DNA from: a candidate division WOR-3 bacterium
GTDB taxonomy: Bacteria > Hydrothermota > Hydrothermia > JBDRYB01
NCBI GenBank assembly: GCA_039803205.1
Contig: JBDRYB010000027.1
Span: 1-24,892 of the forward strand
Direction: 5' to 3'
DNA: 24,892 nt
Shown: positions 17,362 to 24,765 of the stretch, one piece after another
Position numbering within the stretch: position 1 is the stretch's first letter
How the letters are laid out: each line of letters opens with the position of its first letter
Translations under genes and position numbers: made by a program
The notes under the pieces: generated by a model
Seen by the model: the letters and a program-made list of their open reading frames with translations, nothing else
Databases searched by the model: none
Told to the model about the DNA's origin: nothing

Positions 17362-18329
17362 AAAATCCTCTCCTTCTCGTAGTATCCTGGTCTAACCACA
17401 GCACCGTCCCCTACCTCCGAATCCACGATGACCGCGCCGGAAAGCACTTTTGTCCCACGGCCTATTTTTGTCTTGCCCATCAGGGAAACCCAGGGATATA
17501 TAACCGAATCCGCGCCTATTTGGACATCCGGCTCCAGATAAACGCCATTTGGGTCTATGAATGTTACCCCTTGCTCCATGAATCGGCCGACGAGGCGCCT
17601 TATCATTGCCAGGTGCGCTACAGCGAGGTCATGCCTGGTGTTGATCCCCAAAACCTCATCCGGATCGCTGGATTCGTATATCCAGACCCCTCCTTCGTTT
17701 TCCTGAATGAGCTCCAGGACCCCAGGAAGGTAATACTCCCTCTTCTTGTTATCAGCGCCAACCTTATCCAGCCACCTGAAAAGGGTCTCTATGCTGAATA
17801 TATATATCCCGGAGCAGACCTCATTCACAGCCCTCTCGGCCTCGGTCGCGTCGTGATGCTCTATCACCTTCAGAAATCCCCCATTCCTTCGCCTGAAGAC
17901 CCTTCCGTATCCTGTAGGGTCCGGGAGCCTCGCTGTCATCACAACAGCCCTCGCGCTCTTGTCCCAGTAAAGATCAAGCATTTTCCTGATAGTCTCCGGC
18001 CTTATCAAAGGGGCATCGCCGGGAAGAACGAGCAGGATGCCGCTGTCGGGCAAGTTGGCCCTGAGGCACATCACAGCGTGGCCCGTTCCGAGGGGTTTCT
18101 CCTGATGAACGAAAAAAAGCCCTCTCCCGGAAAACGCTTTCTCAACATCCTCTTTGTGGGGCCCGCCTGTCACGAGAAATATCTTATCCGGATCGATTCC
18201 CAAAGCGGCAGAGACCGGATACTCAAGAACGGGCTTTCCACAGAGCGAGTGTAGGAGCTTTGAGGTGCTTGACCTTATCCGTGTTGATTCCCCGGCCGCG
18301 AGAACCGCCGCGAAAACTCCCTCATTCAA
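17358..18329 (-). CDS. glmU: GlmU-like UDP-GlcNAc pyrophosphorylase, C-terminally shortened
   Basis: LAAGESTR, QEKPLGTGHAV, GDAPLI, PTGYGR, EYYL, GINTR, GVTFIDP plus a few hexapeptide repeats; only 323 aa. Confidence 0.8.
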   Translation of the reverse strand: MNEGVFAAVLAAGESTRIRSSTSKLLHSLCGKPVLEYPVSAALGIDPDKIFLVTGGPHKEDVEKAFSGRGLFFVHQEKPLGTGHAVMCLRANLPDSGILLVLPGDAPLIRPETIRKMLDLYWDKSARAVVMTARLPDPTGYGRVFRRRNGGFLKVIEHHDATEAERAVNEVCSGIYIFSIETLFRWLDKVGADNKKREYYLPGVLELIQENEGGVWIYESSDPDEVLGINTRHDLAVAHLAMIRRLVGRFMEQGVTFIDPNGVYLEPDVQIGADSVIYPWVSLMGKTKIGRGTKVLSGAVIVDSEVGDGAVVRPGYYEKERIL

Positions 18330-18657
18330 CCCGGTTCCCCTCCCTGAGGAAGACTACTTTTGGCTCACAGGGCAGGCTTTCTGCCCACACAAAGCTCATT
18401 ATTATCAGCTTATCGCCTATCTCCCCGAGCCTAGCCGCACCGCCCTGTAGAACGAGCTCACGAGTTCCGCGCTTACCTGGATTAATGTAGGTTTCAAACC
18501 TCTGCCCGCTGTTCAGGTTTATCGCGAGCACTATCTCGTATGGCTCAAAACCCACCAGCTCCATGAGATCGGGGTCAATCTGGATGCTCCCGGAGTAATG
18601 CAGTTCCTTGCCCGTCACGGTGGCGTTGTGGAGCTTTGCTCTTAGATACCTCTTCAT
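18322..18657 (-). CDS. panD: Aspartate 1-decarboxylase (pyruvoyl)
   Basis: AKLHNATVT..LHYSGSIQID (Gly-Ser cleavage site), RFETY, GAARL..GD. Confidence 0.93.
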   Translation of the reverse strand: MKRYLRAKLHNATVTGKELHYSGSIQIDPDLMELVGFEPYEIVLAINLNSGQRFETYINPGKRGTRELVLQGGAARLGEIGDKLIIMSFVWAESLPCEPKVVFLREGNRVE

Positions 18658-19781
18658 AGCGCTTTTGATATAGGGTATGCCTTCATGCCTGCCATTATCT
18701 CATCTGGGGAAATGATCTCACCGTTATACTTGTGTATCCCGTATACCGCGGTGTTTTTTATTACCTCCCTTACAGGGTGAATCAGCTGGCCACGGTTCAT
18801 CTCCGGAACTACTATTCCGGCTACCTTACCATCAAAAGCCGAGAGGTGCTTTTCCGGGAATGGCCAGACTATCCTCGGCCTAAAGAGCGCGGCACGAATG
18901 CCCTTGCGTTCAAGCGCGTGGATCACATCCATGGAGGTCCTTGCTACCGTTCCTATTGCAACAAAGAGGATGTCGGGATCATCAAACCCTTCTATCCTGT
19001 AATCCGTAAGAGCCTCCATGTTATCGTCTATCTTCTTGAAGAAGCGGTTCAAGAGCCATGTCACCTTCTCAGGGTTGTTGGTTGGGAACCCGTCCTTGTC
19101 GTGAGCGAGACCGGTGGCGTGGAACCTGTAGCCCTTTCCATAATCAGCCCTCGGAACCCCGTATTCCGTCCCGTCATCGTAGTGTATGTATTTCTCTGGC
19201 GGGATGGTAAGGGGGCCAGGATCGTATATCTCAACCTCCTCAGGAAATTCAGCGCCCTCAACCATGTGCCCAACGACCTCGTCAGAAAGGAGCACAACCG
19301 GTAGCCTCAGCATCTCGGATATGTTCACTGCCTTCACGGTCAGCTCAAAGCACTCATACACATTCCAGGGAGCGAGAGCTACGATGGAGTAATCGCCATG
19401 AGAACCCCACCGGGCTTGCATTATGTCCTGCTGGGATGTCTTCGTTGGCAACCCCGTGGATGGGCCTCCCCTCATCACATCAACTATGAGAACAGGCACC
19501 TCGGTCATGGCCGCAAAACCGATGTGCTCCTGCATGAGAGAGAATCCCGGACCTGATGTTGCTGTCATGGACTTCACCCCAGCAAGCCGGGCGCCTATGC
19601 AGGCGCCCATGGATGCTATCTCATCCTCCATCTGAATGAAGATCCCTCCAACCTTAGGCAGGGCCCTTGACATCTCCTCAGCTATCTCGGATGATGGAGT
19701 TATGGGATAACCAGCGTAAAAACGCACACCGACAGCGATTGCGCCCTCAACGCAAGCGTGATTTCCTTCTGCGAGCTTCAT
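18654..19781 (-). CDS. korA: 2-oxoacid:ferredoxin oxidoreductase alpha subunit (2-oxoglutarate-type likely)
   Basis: AGYPITPSSEI, QMEDEIAS, TATSGPGFSLMQE, RGGPSTGLPT, PEMNRGQ. Confidence 0.9.
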   Translation of the reverse strand: MKLAEGNHACVEGAIAVGVRFYAGYPITPSSEIAEEMSRALPKVGGIFIQMEDEIASMGACIGARLAGVKSMTATSGPGFSLMQEHIGFAAMTEVPVLIVDVMRGGPSTGLPTKTSQQDIMQARWGSHGDYSIVALAPWNVYECFELTVKAVNISEMLRLPVVLLSDEVVGHMVEGAEFPEEVEIYDPGPLTIPPEKYIHYDDGTEYGVPRADYGKGYRFHATGLAHDKDGFPTNNPEKVTWLLNRFFKKIDDNMEALTDYRIEGFDDPDILFVAIGTVARTSMDVIHALERKGIRAALFRPRIVWPFPEKHLSAFDGKVAGIVVPEMNRGQLIHPVREVIKNTAVYGIHKYNGEIISPDEIMAGMKAYPISKAL

Positions 19782-19782
19782 A

Positions 19783-20289
19783 TCAAACTCCTATCTCTGG
19801 GACTATGCCCATGTCCTGGAATGCCTCTATGGCATCATCAAGCCTGTATATTTTGACCATCAGGGAAAGAACTCCCTTTGAGTAGCTTATCATATCTATG
19901 TTGACGCCGTTCTGAGCCAGAACCTCAAATATCTCGGAGACGACCATTGAGGCATCTTTGGACGGGTTAATGCGAAATGTGAGCATCGCGACATCCTCGT
20001 GTATTGAGTAGAACTCGCATGCCGCTCCAGCCAGAACCTCCTCACAAACATCCCCCGCTATGTCCTTCTGGCTCTTGAGCACAGCGAATCCGATATCCCC
20101 CCTGCCCTTTGTTGATGTGTCATAGGATATTCCCAGTATCTCAACCCCCTTTTCCGTGAGCGCGGAACAGAGCTCACCAGCGACACCTGGTTTGTCCCTT
20201 ATGCTCCTGAGCACCACACGAACAACCTCCCTGTTTAGGTTGAATTCCTGAATATCCGAGCTCCGCAAGGCCTGAATATTATAAAGCAA
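19783..20289 (-). CDS. Stand-alone tandem ACT-domain protein (aspartokinase-beta-like)
   Basis: IRDKPGVAGELCSAL..GVEI and IFEVLAQNGVNIDMIS. Real start may be TTG at 20268, downstream of TATAAT (20278-20283). Confidence 0.8.
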   Translation of the reverse strand: MLYNIQALRSSDIQEFNLNREVVRVVLRSIRDKPGVAGELCSALTEKGVEILGISYDTSTKGRGDIGFAVLKSQKDIAGDVCEEVLAGAACEFYSIHEDVAMLTFRINPSKDASMVVSEIFEVLAQNGVNIDMISYSKGVLSLMVKIYRLDDAIEAFQDMGIVPEIGV

Positions 20290-20430
20290 GGGCCCGGGCG
20301 GCTGAAAGGCCTAGCCCTAAGCCGGATAACGCCAGCAGTGTCCAGGGGTTTCCGTGAGGTAAACCGCCCCCGGCGCTTCAGGTTGGGCTATTTACGAGAA
20401 TAAGAGAAGAAGGTGCTTGAATTTCCCTTG
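20287..20430. ncRNA. Unassigned structured intergenic element
   Basis: Nested complementarity CAAGGG/CCCTTG, TAGCCC/GGGCTA, CGCC/GGCG, GGTTT-CC-GTGA-GG-T-AAACC; family not recognised. Confidence 0.3.
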
Positions 20431-20435
20431 AGTAG

Positions 20436-20846
20436 TCAGGGATCAAAAGTCCCAAAGAATATCCCAGCCTCCCTCAGAACATTCTCCGGCGAATCCGAGG
20501 CGTGAACCGCGTTTTGGGTGATGTCAGTGCCAAAGAGCCTGCGCAGGGTTCCCTCCGCGGCCTCGCCCGGATCAGTGGACCCTATTATCTCCCTGGCAGA
20601 TGAAACAGCGCCCTCTCTCTCAAGAAGAAGCCCAACGACCGGGCCCGATGTTATGAAATCAACCAGCTTTCCGTAGAAATCCTTGGCCCTGTGCGGCTCG
20701 TAGAAACGCTCAGCCTCATCCCGGGACAGGCGCTTCATTTCCATCTTTAGGATCGCAAAGCCCATGGTTTCAAACCTTGAGATGATCTGACCCACGACCC
20801 CTCTGGCCACCGCGTCCGGCTTTATCATTACGAAGGTTTTATCCAC
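20436..20846 (-). CDS. ndk: Nucleoside diphosphate kinase
   Basis: TFVMIKPDAV, FITSGPVV, IGSTDP..GTLR, NAVHASDS. Confidence 0.96.
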   Translation of the reverse strand: MDKTFVMIKPDAVARGVVGQIISRFETMGFAILKMEMKRLSRDEAERFYEPHRAKDFYGKLVDFITSGPVVGLLLEREGAVSSAREIIGSTDPGEAAEGTLRRLFGTDITQNAVHASDSPENVLREAGIFFGTFDP

Positions 20847-21396
20847 CGCTTAAGAGTCTTTTGCCCAGCTCAAAACCAACATCAAGTGCCTTTAGGTTCG
20901 GAGGGATGAACTTCTCCTTGCTGGCGAGCTCTTGCTTTATGGCCTCTGCCAGGGATTCCTTTTTTACCACGCCTGTTAGGGAAACTATGACTGCCAGGCC
21001 GAGGATGTTCGCTGTCATGGGGTAGCCGGTCTCATCCTTAGCGGTTGTGGTAAGATTGTGCGCGTAAAGCCTCGCGTTGTTGAAGCTCTTTGGGGATTGG
21101 ACGAAGTCCGTATCCACGACCATTATCCCGCCCTCGCGGACCCGTGGGCCGAACTTCTGATATGACTCCTGGTTCATGAGGAGAACCGCGTCGGGATTCT
21201 CTGTCTTTGGATAGTATATCTCTCCGTCAGAGATTATCACATCCGATGAAGATGAACCCAACCTGGCTTCAGGGCCGTAGTTCTTTACCTCAACAACCCT
21301 TTTGCCTTCCAAGAGAGCGGCCTCAGCGAGGAGCTTGCCAGCTGTCAAAAGCCCCTGTCCTCCAGAACCAGCCAGCTTTATCTCGATCCTTTCCAT
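20839..21396 (-). CDS. korC: 2-oxoacid:ferredoxin oxidoreductase gamma subunit
   Basis: IKLAGSGGQG, NYGPEARLG, ANILGL, NLKALDVG. Confidence 0.9.
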   Translation of the reverse strand: MERIEIKLAGSGGQGLLTAGKLLAEAALLEGKRVVEVKNYGPEARLGSSSSDVIISDGEIYYPKTENPDAVLLMNQESYQKFGPRVREGGIMVVDTDFVQSPKSFNNARLYAHNLTTTAKDETGYPMTANILGLAVIVSLTGVVKKESLAEAIKQELASKEKFIPPNLKALDVGFELGKRLLSGG

Positions 21397-22400
21397 GATT
21401 CTAGGAGCTCCTTCATGAGTTCGTTTATTGTGGGATTCGATCCCTTGTGGATCACGCCCATGGGCAGGGCGCCTTCCTTTGCCTCTCCGCCGAGCTTGAA
21501 GACCTGGCCCTTCAAAGCCTCTAGGGTCTCGTATGGGTCGGATGAGAGGTTGAACCTTCCGTAGTAGGTAGGGCAGTTTGAGAGCACATCCACAAAGCCA
21601 AAGCCTGGGGTTTCTGTGGCCTCTTTTATCATTCTCACCAAGAGGGGAAAGTGGAACACGGTGGTCCTCGCCACATAGTTCGCGCCAGCCCCTTTGACGA
21701 GCTCGCAGAGGTCAAAAGCAGGCTCAATCGCGCCGTATGGGGTTGTGGTTGTCTTCGCGCCCAGGGGAGTAGTTGGGGAGCCCTGGCCTCCGGTCATCCC
21801 GTAGTTGTAGTTGTTTATGACTATGGCCGTCATGTCTATGTTGCGGCGGGCGGCGTGTATGAGGTGGTTGCCGCCTATTGCTGCCGCATCTCCATCGCCC
21901 ATTACCGCGAAGACCCTGAGCTCCGGATTTGCCAGCTTTACGCCAACAGCGAAAGAGAGGCTTCTCCCGTGTGTAGTGTGCAGTGTGTTCGCGTCAAGGT
22001 ATCCGGGCATTCTGGAGGAACAACCTATTCCGGAGACCATAACCACCTTGTCTTTGTCTATGTTTAGATCCTGGATGGTTTTGGCCACAGCGTATAAGAC
22101 CGTGCCTATGCCGCACCCAGCGCACCAAGCCGATGGCATGTGCCACATCCTAAGGGCTGACCAAGCGGGATGTTCCTCGGGAACACCGTTCTCGTCCTGA
22201 ACCCAGAGAGCGAAATCCGGGCAATGCTGTTCGCAAAGCCCACATCCATTGCAGGCATCCACGCGGGATATTATTGGATAGCCTATCTTTTCCTGGTCAA
22301 AGACCTCTCTTGGGCATATCTTCACGCATATGCCGCACCTTTTGCAAAGGTCCTTTCTAAAGCCTAACCTGAAGACCTTTTTAACCTTTGTCTCGGCCAT
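21378..22400 (-). CDS. korB: Fused 2x[4Fe-4S] ferredoxin (delta) + 2-oxoacid:ferredoxin oxidoreductase beta subunit
   Basis: CKRCGICVKICP and CNGCGLCEQHCP, then WCAGCG, SGIGCSSR, HTTHGR and the TPP motif GDGD..NN..YGMTGGQ. Start ATG 22400 with GGAGG RBS; the track's start at 22463 lies inside the tRNA. Confidence 0.9.
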   Translation of the reverse strand: MAETKVKKVFRLGFRKDLCKRCGICVKICPREVFDQEKIGYPIISRVDACNGCGLCEQHCPDFALWVQDENGVPEEHPAWSALRMWHMPSAWCAGCGIGTVLYAVAKTIQDLNIDKDKVVMVSGIGCSSRMPGYLDANTLHTTHGRSLSFAVGVKLANPELRVFAVMGDGDAAAIGGNHLIHAARRNIDMTAIVINNYNYGMTGGQGSPTTPLGAKTTTTPYGAIEPAFDLCELVKGAGANYVARTTVFHFPLLVRMIKEATETPGFGFVDVLSNCPTYYGRFNLSSDPYETLEALKGQVFKLGGEAKEGALPMGVIHKGSNPTINELMKELLESWKGSR

Positions 22401-22415
22401 ATCCGGCCTCCAACA

Positions 22416-22489
22416 CGCGCCCGTGGGGACTTGAACCCCAAGCCTTGAGATCCGGAGTCTCACGCTCTATCCACTTGAGCTACGGGCGC
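22416..22489 (-). tRNA. tRNA-Arg (anticodon CCG), CCA not encoded
   Basis: GCGCCCGTAGCTCAAGTGGATAGAGCG-TGAGA-CT-CCG-GA-TCTCA-AGGCTTGGGGTTCAAGTCCCCA-CGGGCGC-G forms a full cloverleaf. Confidence 0.96.
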
Positions 22490-22502
22490 GCGAAAAACAT
22501 CT

Positions 22503-22979
22503 TTACTTCTCAAGGTGCCGTATTTCCCCACTTGCCATTCCCCCCTCAAGGTAAAGCATGCCATAGCTACCTTCTGCCGCACTACCAGGATTAAACAACA
22601 AGAGGCCATCTGTTTCCTCCAAAAATGGCAGGTGGCTGTGGCCAAAGACGATCACATCAATATCGTCCGGAAATGCCTTTCTAACCCGATCCGCTAAGCC
22701 CCACGGCGCTCCGCTACCGTGTGTAAGGCCAATCCTCAATCCCTGAAGCTCAAAAACCAGCTTATCATCAAGAACCCTCGCCAGCCCACTGTCATCCATG
22801 TTTCCCCTAACCGCATAGAGGGGCGGGCCGAGAGCCTTCAAAAGCCCAAAGGTATCCTCGCTGGTGAAGTCCCCAGCGTGAACAATGGCATCAACGCTCT
22901 CTCCGAGTGCTAAAATGTGTTCCGGTAATGCCTTTGTTCTATCAGGAATATGCGTGTCAGATATGATTAGCAGCTTCAA
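22503..22979 (-). CDS. YfcE/MJ0936-family metallophosphoesterase
   Basis: ISDTH, HAGD, VRGNMD, LTHG, FGHSH, NPGS. Confidence 0.92.
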   Translation of the reverse strand: MKLLIISDTHIPDRTKALPEHILALGESVDAIVHAGDFTSEDTFGLLKALGPPLYAVRGNMDDSGLARVLDDKLVFELQGLRIGLTHGSGAPWGLADRVRKAFPDDIDVIVFGHSHLPFLEETDGLLLFNPGSAAEGSYGMLYLEGGMASGEIRHLEK

Positions 22980-22991
22980 CAGAGTCGCTTC

Positions 22992-23081
22992 CTATTTCCT
23001 CTTGTGGCGTTGAAGCTTCCTTCTTTTCTTGATCTTGTGTCTCCTTATCTTCGCGAGCTTGCGTTTCCTACCGCACGGCAT
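22992..23081 (-). CDS. Small basic protein, 30S ribosomal protein bS22 / AURKAIP1-COX24 family
   Basis: My translation: MPCGRKRKLAKIRRHKIKKRRKLQRHKRK* (29 aa); ATG 2 nt after the HU stop; matches the MP.G+KRK..K...HK.KKR....RHK+K pattern. Confidence 0.85.
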   Translation of the reverse strand: MPCGRKRKLAKIRRHKIKKRRKLQRHKRK

Positions 23082-23083
23082 AT

Positions 23084-23353
23084 CTACAATCTCTCCTTTA
23101 TAGACTTTGATGGCCTGAAAAAAACAACCCATCGTGACGGGATCTGGACGGATTCCTGTGTCTGGGGATTTCTGGCTCTTCTAGGCCTGTATTTCTTGAC
23201 CTCAAAAACACCGAATCCTCTGAGCTCTACCCTTTCTCTGCGCTCAAAGGCCTCTCCGAGGACCGCGAAAACCGTGGTAATGACCTTATCAACATCCTTT
23301 TTGGTCAAGCCGGTTTTCCTCCTTACATTGCTCACCAGCTCAGCCTTGTTCAT
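23084..23353 (-). CDS. hup: HU/IHF family DNA-binding protein
   Basis: MNKAELV, VELRGFGVFEV, ARNPQT, FRPSKSIK; AAGGAGG RBS. Confidence 0.93.
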   Translation of the reverse strand: MNKAELVSNVRRKTGLTKKDVDKVITTVFAVLGEAFERRERVELRGFGVFEVKKYRPRRARNPQTQESVQIPSRWVVFFRPSKSIKERL

Positions 23354-23385
23354 TCATAACCTCCTTCACTATCCCGTAAGGGCAA

Positions 23386-23415
23386 ATTTTAATGGCCTCG
23401 CCAGAGGCCGATCAA
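23386..23415 (-). promoter_or_regulatory. sigma70 promoter for the hup operon
   Basis: TTGATC-18 nt-TAAAAT on the minus strand. Confidence 0.45.
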
Positions 23416-23481
23416 GGCCCGCGCCAGCGCGAGGTTTTTTCGTGGCTGAAACAATTTGGTCAAGAGGGGGAAGGAAAGCGG

Positions 23482-23516
23482 AAAAATAGCAAAGCCGGGC
23501 TAAAGCTAGCCCGGCT
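23482..23516 (-). terminator. Intrinsic terminator downstream of the capA-like gene
   Basis: Perfect 10-bp stem AGCCGGGCTA/TAGCCCGGCT (23493-23516) followed on the minus strand by TTGCTATTTTT. Confidence 0.7.
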
Positions 23517-23535
23517 GATTCTCTTTCTCTCAGCG

Positions 23536-23688
23536 CTACTCTACGGTGATGGTTCCTGTCCTCACGCTTTCTTCTGCCACAACCCTGTAGAAGTAGATGC
23601 CCCTGAAGCCCACCATGTTCCAGCTGAGTAAGGCGCGCTGATTATTAACCTTTCTCGGATGGACATGCAACAGCGCGCGAGCTTTCAC
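23536..23688 (-). pseudogene. 50-aa ORF ending in a T9SS/FlgD-Ig-like C-terminal sorting-tail fragment
   Basis: My translation: VKARALLHVHPRKVNNQRALLSWNMVGFRGIYFYRVVAEESVRTGTITVE*; GTG overlaps the capA-like TGA. Confidence 0.4.
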
Positions 23689-24701
23689 CTCTCCGGTAGA
23701 CCCAGAACCTCCCAGACTCTCCTCCAGCGAATTTCTATCAGCTTGGGGTCATGAGGCCTGAACATCTCCATGGGCCAACTCCTTATTATTCCCCCTCGGT
23801 TCTCCGTCCAAAGGGGAACAGCCCAGGGCCCCTCCATTCTCCTACCCGAGCTGTCCTCCACGAAAGCCAAATAGAGAAGCACCCCGTCCCGCGGGTCCCC
23901 TTTTTCGGGCGGCATGCTGAGGGTGTAGTTTCTCTCCTGGTTTGATATGAAGTTCCCCAGGCTATACGCTATCACGCACCTTCGGCCATCGGAGGCGCGG
24001 TATTCTTCAACGGGCCCGAGGACATGGGGATGGTGGCCGAGAACCACATCAGCGCCAGCCTCGCAAAGGGCGTGCGCGGTGGCTCTTTGCTGGGATGTTG
24101 GCTCATTAACATACTCGGCCCCCCAGTGCAGGGAAAGCACGATGAAATCAACGGTATCCCTGAGGCGCGAGAGATCATCTTTAGCCGCGGCCATATCAAA
24201 TATGTTGACACGGGGCTTGTTTGGGTCATCGGAGTTTCCTGAGATGTTCAGGATCGTCGTGTATGCCAGGAAGGCGACCCTGATCCCGCTCTTATCCATT
24301 ACGAGGCCCCTCCTCGCCTCCTGTGCGCTCCTTCCCGCCCCCACAAAACCCAGGCCCAGGGAATCCATGTAGAAGCATGTCTCAGAGAGGCCCAAAGGGC
24401 CCTGATCGAACATGTGATTGTTCGCGAGGTTGAATACCGTGAACCCGGCCCTCGCTAAGGCCGAAAGCGCTTCTGGTTTGGCGTTGAAAACGAAGGGCCT
24501 CGGCGGTTTTCCGGTCTTCGGAGCAACGGGAAACTCCACATTCACAAAGCCTATGTCTGCCCAGCGGATTATAGGCGCCACCTTTTCATACAGGAAATCG
24601 TATCCGCTGTCAGAGGCGCACGACTGGACGGGTTGGTGCATGAGAGCATCCCCCGTCGCGACGAGGAGCAACCGGGCAGAGAGGAGGGCGAGAAGGATCA
24701 A
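23685..24701 (-). CDS. CapA/PGA_cap family metallophosphatase, likely exported
   Basis: ATGD, VNVEFP, NLANNHMFDQG, SLHWGAEY, GHHPHV, YSLGNF; hydrophobic N-terminus. Confidence 0.9.
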   Translation of the reverse strand: MILLALLSARLLLVATGDALMHQPVQSCASDSGYDFLYEKVAPIIRWADIGFVNVEFPVAPKTGKPPRPFVFNAKPEALSALARAGFTVFNLANNHMFDQGPLGLSETCFYMDSLGLGFVGAGRSAQEARRGLVMDKSGIRVAFLAYTTILNISGNSDDPNKPRVNIFDMAAAKDDLSRLRDTVDFIVLSLHWGAEYVNEPTSQQRATAHALCEAGADVVLGHHPHVLGPVEEYRASDGRRCVIAYSLGNFISNQERNYTLSMPPEKGDPRDGVLLYLAFVEDSSGRRMEGPWAVPLWTENRGGIIRSWPMEMFRPHDPKLIEIRWRRVWEVLGLPER

Positions 24702-24719
24702 AGGCCTCTCCTAAGATAA

Positions 24720-24749
24720 ATTATAACCCGGATCTTGCTTGAATCTCAA
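24720..24749 (-). promoter_or_regulatory. sigma70 promoter of the capA-like gene
   Basis: TTGAGA-18 nt-TATAAT, short leader with GGAGAG RBS before TTG. Confidence 0.55.
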
Positions 24750-24765
24750 CGAGTAAAGATTTGGT

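Noticed and set aside
17520..18254. 244-aa plus-strand ORF and other long antisense ORFs (e.g. 4740-5288, 9864-10373, 18732-19304, 23004-23489)
   Set aside because: Antisense shadows of well-supported genes; no recognisable motifs.
20300..20395. Pistol, twister or HDV-like ribozyme, Moco riboswitch or RNase P fragment
   Set aside because: Only short motif echoes (GCCCTAAGC, CCAGGG..GCCCCCG, GGTAAACC); required pseudoknot partners or catalytic residues are absent, and a plus-strand riboswitch would face away from the genes.
22401..22463. N-terminal extension of the korB-fusion ORF given in the track
   Set aside because: It overlaps the tRNA; ATG 22400 has a GGAGG RBS.
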